Below, piece by piece: positions 58,528-64,000 of a DNA stretch of 64,000 nucleotides. Position 1 is the stretch's first letter; each line of letters begins with the position of its first letter. The notes under the pieces are model-generated. The model did no database searches. It was given only the letters and a program-made list of their open reading frames with translations, and was not told the origin of the DNA. The stretch is from Planctomycetota bacterium (GTDB lineage Bacteria; Planctomycetota; UBA1135; GCA-002686595). The translations under genes and the position numbers were made by a program. The DNA lies in NCBI GenBank assembly GCA_043754695.1, contig JAYUUV010000009.1, positions 670 through 64,669 on the forward strand, read 5' to 3'.

Positions 58528-60620
58528 CGTGAGAGGGAGCTCCACATCCAGAGGAATACGATTCCCGCCGCACCGCCGCCGATCCAGATCGCATAGGTGC
58601 GGATGCGGCCGTCGGTCAGCGTGCGCAGTCCGCCGCCTGTGGCGCGGGCCAGCGCGGCAGTCCCGTTGACCGCGCCGTCGATGCCGAATTGATCGATGAC
58701 GACGTAGGTTACGAAGGCGATCAGTTTGATCGGCTGGACGATCTTTTGCGTGTACGTGTCGTCGATGCGCCAGGCTTCGCCGAGGAAACCGAACAGCGCC
58801 GGACGCTTGCGCGCCAGCGCGTCGTCGCGCGCGATCCCGGCCTTGTAGGCATGGAAGCCGCGATGCGCGAAGACCAGGGCAATCAACGCTCCGACTCCCA
58901 GCAGGATCCATTCGATCGCGTGCGAGAGTTCGTGCAACTCACCGCCGTGGTTCGCCAGAAGGATCGCGCGTCCCGGCTCGATGACCGGCTCCAACCAGCC
59001 GTCGAGCAGGTGCGGCAAGTGAAACACGACCGGCAATCCAAGCGCACCGCCGACCACCGAGAGCACCGCAAGCACCATCAGCGGCAGGGTCATGACCGTC
59101 GGCGACTCGTGCGGGTGCACATGCTTCGCGTCGTAGCGCGGCTCGCCGAAGAATGTCAGCGCGACCATGCGCCAGGTGTAGAAGGCCGTGATCGCCGCCG
59201 TTACGAGGCCGAGCACCCACAGCGCGCGATAGGCTCCGCCGTGGGCGAAGGTGTGCGCGAGAATCTCGTCCTTCGAAAAGAAACCGGAGAGCAAGGGCAA
59301 ACCGGACAGTGCTCCCGCGCCGCACAGGAAGGTCAAGAACGTGCGCGGCATCTTGGCGCGCAGCCCGCCCATCTTGTGCATGTCCTGTTCGTCGTGCATG
59401 CCGTGGATCACCGAGCCCGCGCCGAGGAACAACAAGCCCTTGAAGAACGCGTGCGTGATCAGGTGGAAGATCGCGGCCGCGAACGCGCCGCTGCCCAGCG
59501 CCAGGAACATGTAGCCGAGTTGGCTGACCGTCGAGTAGGCCAGCACCTTCTTGATGTCGCGCTGCACCAGCGCCGTGGTCGCGCCGATGAACGCGGTCAG
59601 CGCGCCGATCGTGGCGATCACGAGCAACACTGTGTCGTTCGCCGCGAACAGCGGGTTGAGCCGCACGACCAGATAGATGCCCGCGGTGACCATGGTCGCC
59701 GCGTGGATCAAGGCCGAGACCGGCGTCGGACCGGCCATGGCGTCGGGCAGCCAGGTGAACAGCGGGAACTGGGCCGACTTGCCGCAGCAGCCGCCGAAGA
59801 GCAGCAGCGCGGCCAGCATCAACTCGTTGTTGTGCGTGCCGCCGCGCAACATCTCGGCCACGCTCTCGGCGATGTGCGAAAGATCGAGCGTGCCGAAAAG
59901 GTGCACGAGCAGGAACGAGCCGACCAGGAAACTCGCGTCGCCGATGCGGTTCATCACGAAGGCCTTTTGCGCCGCTTCCGCGGGCCAGCCCTTCGCGTAC
60001 CAGAATCCGATCAGCAGGTAGGAGCACAGGCCGACACCTTCCCAGCCGATGAAAAGGCCCAGCAGGCTTGAGCTGAGCACCAGCATCAACATCGCGAACA
60101 CGAAAAGATTCAGGAAGGCGAAGAACTTCGCAAAACCCGGATCGCCCTTCATGTAGCCGACGGAATACAGGTGGATCAGAAAGCCGACGCCGGTGATCAC
60201 CAGGCACATCGCGCTGGAGAGCGGATCGAGCACCATCGAGATGTCGACGCTGAAGCCGGTGACGCTGATCCAGTGCCAGGGCGTGCTTTCGAGCACGCGC
60301 TGCGTAGGTTCCAGCGCGCGCAGATCGAAGAAGCCCTTGACCGCCAGCGCCAGGGCCACGGCCATCACCGCGCAGGCCACGAACGCGGCCAGTTTCGCCG
60401 AGGCCCTGGTCTCTTTCGCGCCGTGCTCGGCGTGATCGTCGTGCGCCGCCGCGGCTGCGCCATGGGCGGGCTGTGCGTGAGCATGTCCGTGACCGTCGCC
60501 ATGTCCATGTCCCACCGGCGCGCTGCGCCGTTCGAGACCGGAGAGATAGAGCATTCCGCTGATCGCGCTGCCGGCGAGCGGCAGGGCCGGGATGGCCCAC
60601 AACCACATTTGATCGGTCAT
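58524..60620 (-). CDS. nuoL: NADH-quinone oxidoreductase subunit L (with His-rich insert after TM1)
   Basis: …LFIGWEGVGLCSYLLIGFWY…, the long C-terminal amphipathic helix region, and the position between nuoK and nuoM support the call. Confidence 0.9.
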   Translation of the reverse strand: MTDQMWLWAIPALPLAGSAISGMLYLSGLERRSAPVGHGHGDGHGHAHAQPAHGAAAAAHDDHAEHGAKETRASAKLAAFVACAVMAVALALAVKGFFDLRALEPTQRVLESTPWHWISVTGFSVDISMVLDPLSSAMCLVITGVGFLIHLYSVGYMKGDPGFAKFFAFLNLFVFAMLMLVLSSSLLGLFIGWEGVGLCSYLLIGFWYAKGWPAEAAQKAFVMNRIGDASFLVGSFLLVHLFGTLDLSHIAESVAEMLRGGTHNNELMLAALLLFGGCCGKSAQFPLFTWLPDAMAGPTPVSALIHAATMVTAGIYLVVRLNPLFAANDTVLLVIATIGALTAFIGATTALVQRDIKKVLAYSTVSQLGYMFLALGSGAFAAAIFHLITHAFFKGLLFLGAGSVIHGMHDEQDMHKMGGLRAKMPRTFLTFLCGAGALSGLPLLSGFFSKDEILAHTFAHGGAYRALWVLGLVTAAITAFYTWRMVALTFFGEPRYDAKHVHPHESPTVMTLPLMVLAVLSVVGGALGLPVVFHLPHLLDGWLEPVIEPGRAILLANHGGELHELSHAIEWILLGVGALIALVFAHRGFHAYKAGIARDDALARKRPALFGFLGEAWRIDDTYTQKIVQPIKLIAFVTYVVIDQFGIDGAVNGTAALARATGGGLRTLTDGRIRTYAIWIGGGAAGIVFLWMWSSLSR

Positions 60621-60623
60621 GGG

Positions 60624-60943
60624 CTAGCCTTCCATCTCTTGCACGGAGTCGGCTTCGGTGGTTTGTCGCAAGCGGAACAGGGCAATGATCAGCGCCAGAC
60701 CGACCGCCGCCTCTGCCGCCGCCACGGCGATCACGAAGATCGCGAACACGGGGCCGACCAGGTTGACGTGATCGGGCGTCGAATGCTGCCGGCTGGCGGC
60801 CAGGAAGGTCAGGTTGGCCGCGTTGAGCATCAGTTCGATGCACATCAGGACCACGATCACATTGCGGCGGATCAAGAATCCGAGCACGCCGATCGCGAAC
60901 AGCGCGGCGGCCAGGAAAAGCAGATGTTCTGTCGGGACTTGCA

Positions 60944-60944
<1 letters not shown>
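60624..60944 (-). CDS. nuoK: NADH-quinone oxidoreductase subunit K
   Basis: 106 aa, three TM segments, [28 protein letters not shown]…. Confidence 0.9.
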
Positions 60945-61455
<511 letters not shown>

Positions 61456-61483
<28 letters not shown>

Positions 61484-61977
61484 CGGTTGTTCAGTCGGTA
61501 GACGTAGTCGATGCGCTTCTGAAGCGCGGACTTGGGACGCTTGAGCTTGTTGATGTCGTAGACCAGGGCCGAGCGCGTGTAGTCGGCGAGCTCGAGCTCG
61601 TTCGACATGAAGATCGCGTCCTTCGGGCAGGCCTCCTCGCAGAATCCGCACAGGATGCAGCGCAGCATGTCGATGTCGAAGCGCACGGGCTCGCGCTCGA
61701 TCGTGCGGTCGGTCTCGCCGCCGTCGATCGTGATCGCGTAGGCCGGGCAGGCGATCTCGCACATGCCGCACGAGACGCAGGCGATATTGCCGTCGTCCTT
61801 GACCACCAGGCGCGGCTGCCCGCGCGTGACTTCGTTGGTGGGCAGCGGCTCTTCGGGATACTGGCGCGTGATCTTCTTCTCGAAGAGCTTGCGGAACGTG
61901 ATCGAGAGCCCGCGAGCGATCTCGGGCAGATAGAGCTTCTCGCGCAGCGAAAGCTCCTTGCGGCGCACGATCACCAT
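61456..61977 (-). CDS. nuoI: NADH-quinone oxidoreductase subunit I (2x[4Fe-4S] ferredoxin)
   Basis: CVSCGMCEIACP and CILCGFCEEACP motifs. The ATG at 61977 (MVIVRRKELSLREKLYLPEI…) gives 173 aa. It overlaps the nuoJ start by 28 nt. Confidence 0.9.
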
Positions 61978-63005
61978 AGGTCGACTCCGAAGGAAACGGC
62001 CGCGCCGGTCAGGAAGAGATTGGCGAGCGCGAGCGGCAGGAAGACCTTCCAGCCCAGGCTCATCAATTGATCGAAACGGAAGCGCGGCAAGGTCCAGCGC
62101 ACCCAGAGATAGAGGAACAGGAACATCGAGGTCTTCGCCAGGAAGGCCAGGACGCAGAAGTACCAGGGCGCGTCGGCCCAGAAGGGCACCTTGTAGCCGC
62201 CGAGGAAAAGCGTGGTCCACAGGCAGGCCATTACGACCATCGCGCAGTACTCGCCGAGCGCAAAAAGCGCGAAACGCATCGAGCTGTACTCGGTGTGGAA
62301 ACCGCTGACCAGCTCGGGCTCGCACTCGGCGAAGTCGAAGGGGTGGCGATTGGTCTCGGCGAAAGCCGCGATGCTGAAGAGGACGAAGGCCAGCGGCTGG
62401 TGGAAAATATTCCACTCGAGAAAATCCGGCTGCGCCTCGACCACAGCGCGCAGCGAGAGCGATCCGGAGATGGCCACGACTGCCAGGATCGAGAGGATCA
62501 AGGTCAACTCGTAGCTGATCATCTGTGCCGAAGCGCGCAATCCGCCGAGCAGCGAGAACTTCGAGTTCGAAGCCCAGCCGCCGAGGATCACGCCGTAGAT
62601 CGCAAGTCCGCCGATCGAGAGCAGGTACATCAGGCCGATGTCCAAGTCGGTCACGGAGAAGTTGGTGTGCTCGAAAGGCCCGAACGGCAGCGGGATCGCC
62701 GGCCCGAAGGGGATCACGGCGATCGTCAGCATCGCCGGAATCGCTGCGACCGCAGGCGCGAAGCGGAACAGCCACTTGTTGGCGCCGTCAGGAGTCAGCG
62801 ACTCCTTGAAGAAGAACTTCACGCCGTCCGCGATCGGCTGCAGGATGCCCCAGGGCCCGACGCGGTTGGGGCCGTGGCGGTATTGCATCCAGGCCGAGAC
62901 TTTGCGCTCCGCCAGCGTCATGCCCGCGGCGGTGCCGAGCAGGCCGCCGTAGATGACGTTGCACTTGATGAACCAGGTCAGCAGATTCCAGAGCATCGGA
63001 GTCAT
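61971..63005 (-). CDS. nuoH: NADH-quinone oxidoreductase subunit H
   Basis: …LAERKVSAWMQYRHGPNRVGPWGILQPIADG… is the NuoH/ND1 signature. Length is 344 aa. Confidence 0.95.
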   Translation of the reverse strand: MTPMLWNLLTWFIKCNVIYGGLLGTAAGMTLAERKVSAWMQYRHGPNRVGPWGILQPIADGVKFFFKESLTPDGANKWLFRFAPAVAAIPAMLTIAVIPFGPAIPLPFGPFEHTNFSVTDLDIGLMYLLSIGGLAIYGVILGGWASNSKFSLLGGLRASAQMISYELTLILSILAVVAISGSLSLRAVVEAQPDFLEWNIFHQPLAFVLFSIAAFAETNRHPFDFAECEPELVSGFHTEYSSMRFALFALGEYCAMVVMACLWTTLFLGGYKVPFWADAPWYFCVLAFLAKTSMFLFLYLWVRWTLPRFRFDQLMSLGWKVFLPLALANLFLTGAAVSFGVDLW

Positions 63006-64000
63006 CGGGCGTTCGCTCCGCTGGTTGCCAAAAGGCCGCAGAGTGTGTCGAGCGTGCGGGTCAGCGGCTCGACGCCCGCAGGCGCGGCGCGCGCGATCGT
63101 GAGCTTGCCCACGTGCCCGTCGACGTTGACCCAGTGGCCGATCTTCTCGACCTGCTCAGGAGTTCCGACGCAGACGTCGGCGCTGTTGCCTTCGAGCGCG
63201 TGCGTATCGAAAGTGACGATCTGCGCGCCTTCGATTGCAGCGAGCGCCGCACGGCCGCACAACTCGATCACGCGCTCGCCGGCCAGCACGCTGGCACTCG
63301 CCGCAGCCACACGCGCGCGCGCTGCTTCGGCGGAAATGGCTTCGAAGCCCAGATCCATCAGTCCGCGCCGGTTCGGGCAGGGATCGCCGGTGTTGAGCAA
63401 CGCGTCCTTCAAACCACTGGGGGCAGGCGAGACGAATTGCGGCTTCGCGCCGAGGCTCTTCGCGAGCGCGGCGAAACTCTTCGCTTCCTCGACAGTCATG
63501 AACGGCGAGGCGATGGCGACGACGCCCGACTTCGCGCGCAGACTCTCCGCGGCTTGGGCCAAGGCGTCCGCAACGCTCGCAATCTCGAGACCCAGGGCAG
63601 TGCGTCGCGCGGCGGGCAGCAACCTCTCGGCCGCATTGTGGCGCTGTGCCGAGAAGCGACCCGTGTCGCACATCCACCATTGATTGACCGCGGCGTCGTA
63701 GCGCGGCCGGAAGCGCTTGACGTCCTTGTTGCGCAGCACTTCGACGCTGATCGCGCAGCCGCGGCTGCATTCGCCGCAGGTCGAAAGCGACTTTTTCAGG
63801 TTCCAGACGCGCGCCTGGAAGCGGAAATTCTTCAGCGTCAGCGCGCCGACCGGGCAGACGTCGGCCAGGTTGCCCTGGTAGTTGCCCACGAGCGGCCGAT
63901 CCATGAACGTCGCGATCGTCGAGCGCGAACCGAGGTCGACCACGGCGAGTTGCGGCGTCTTCGGAATCTCTTCCATGAAGCGCACGCAGCGCGAGCACAG
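63002..64000 (-). CDS. nuoG: NADH-quinone oxidoreductase subunit G, C-terminal part (5' end outside window)
   Basis: The frame is open to position 64000 (…LCSRCVRFMEEI…). The Fe-S and molybdopterin-like contexts are DVCPVGALT and …STCGECSRGCAISVEV… The listed start at 63985 is an internal GTG. Confidence 0.85.
   Translation of the reverse strand: MCSRCVRFMEEIPKTPQLAVVDLGSRSTIATFMDRPLVGNYQGNLADVCPVGALTLKNFRFQARVWNLKKSLSTCGECSRGCAISVEVLRNKDVKRFRPRYDAAVNQWWMCDTGRFSAQRHNAAERLLPAARRTALGLEIASVADALAQAAESLRAKSGVVAIASPFMTVEEAKSFAALAKSLGAKPQFVSPAPSGLKDALLNTGDPCPNRRGLMDLGFEAISAEAARARVAAASASVLAGERVIELCGRAALAAIEGAQIVTFDTHALEGNSADVCVGTPEQVEKIGHWVNVDGHVGKLTIARAAPAGVEPLTRTLDTLCGLLATSGANAR

Overview
This is a very GC-rich bacterial chromosomal segment. 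Third codon positions are strongly G/C, and long stop-free antisense frames occur everywhere, so many entries in the ORF track are artefacts. I support about 50 protein genes and one RNA gene, the type-A RNase P RNA (rnpB).

Content is mostly core housekeeping and cell-envelope functions.
- A roughly 17 kb minus-strand array runs CNNM/CorC-recO-BamD-like-LptE-like-ftsH-folP-glmM-tsaB-alr-AsmA/TamB-like-manC-like-ruvX, with several 4-nt start/stop overlaps.
- The distal half of a nuo operon (nuoG partial, then H-I-J-K-L-M-N) is also on the minus strand.
- There is a peroxiredoxin, hutI plus glutamate formimidoyltransferase, a BlaI/BlaR1 pair, an S8 protease, an M1 aminopeptidase and a vWA protein.
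- There is a 1174-aa dehydrogenase-like/HEAT/CxxCH/DUF1080 protein with the architecture typical of Planctomycetota-Verrucomicrobiota. Together with the DUF1570-like and fused spermidine-synthase proteins, this suggests a PVC-like or similar Gram-negative host. That assignment is inference only.

No transposase, integrase, phage gene, CRISPR array, rRNA or tRNA was seen.

The most interesting items are:
1. A pair of diverged, roughly 130-bp palindromic units in inverted orientation fills the whole spacer upstream of recO. A second locus shares the same GGTGCCAGGCAC arms, which suggests an undescribed REP/BIME- or MITE-like family.
2. A tightly coupled four-gene envelope module lies downstream of an ECF sigma factor. 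It holds a CxxCxGxG zinc-finger/DUF1570-like protein, a hypothetical protein, an STT3/AglB-like membrane protein whose WWDYG position is degenerate, and a GH38-like protein.
3. A 70-aa Hfq/Sm1-like protein sits next to a NUDIX hydrolase, a structured spacer and rnpB.
4. Several proteins have altered catalytic or loop features: an alpha/beta hydrolase with Gly at the nucleophile position, a His-rich insert in NuoL, an enlarged FtsH periplasmic domain, and a FolP N-terminal extension.

All functional calls come from motifs I recognised by eye. No searches were run.
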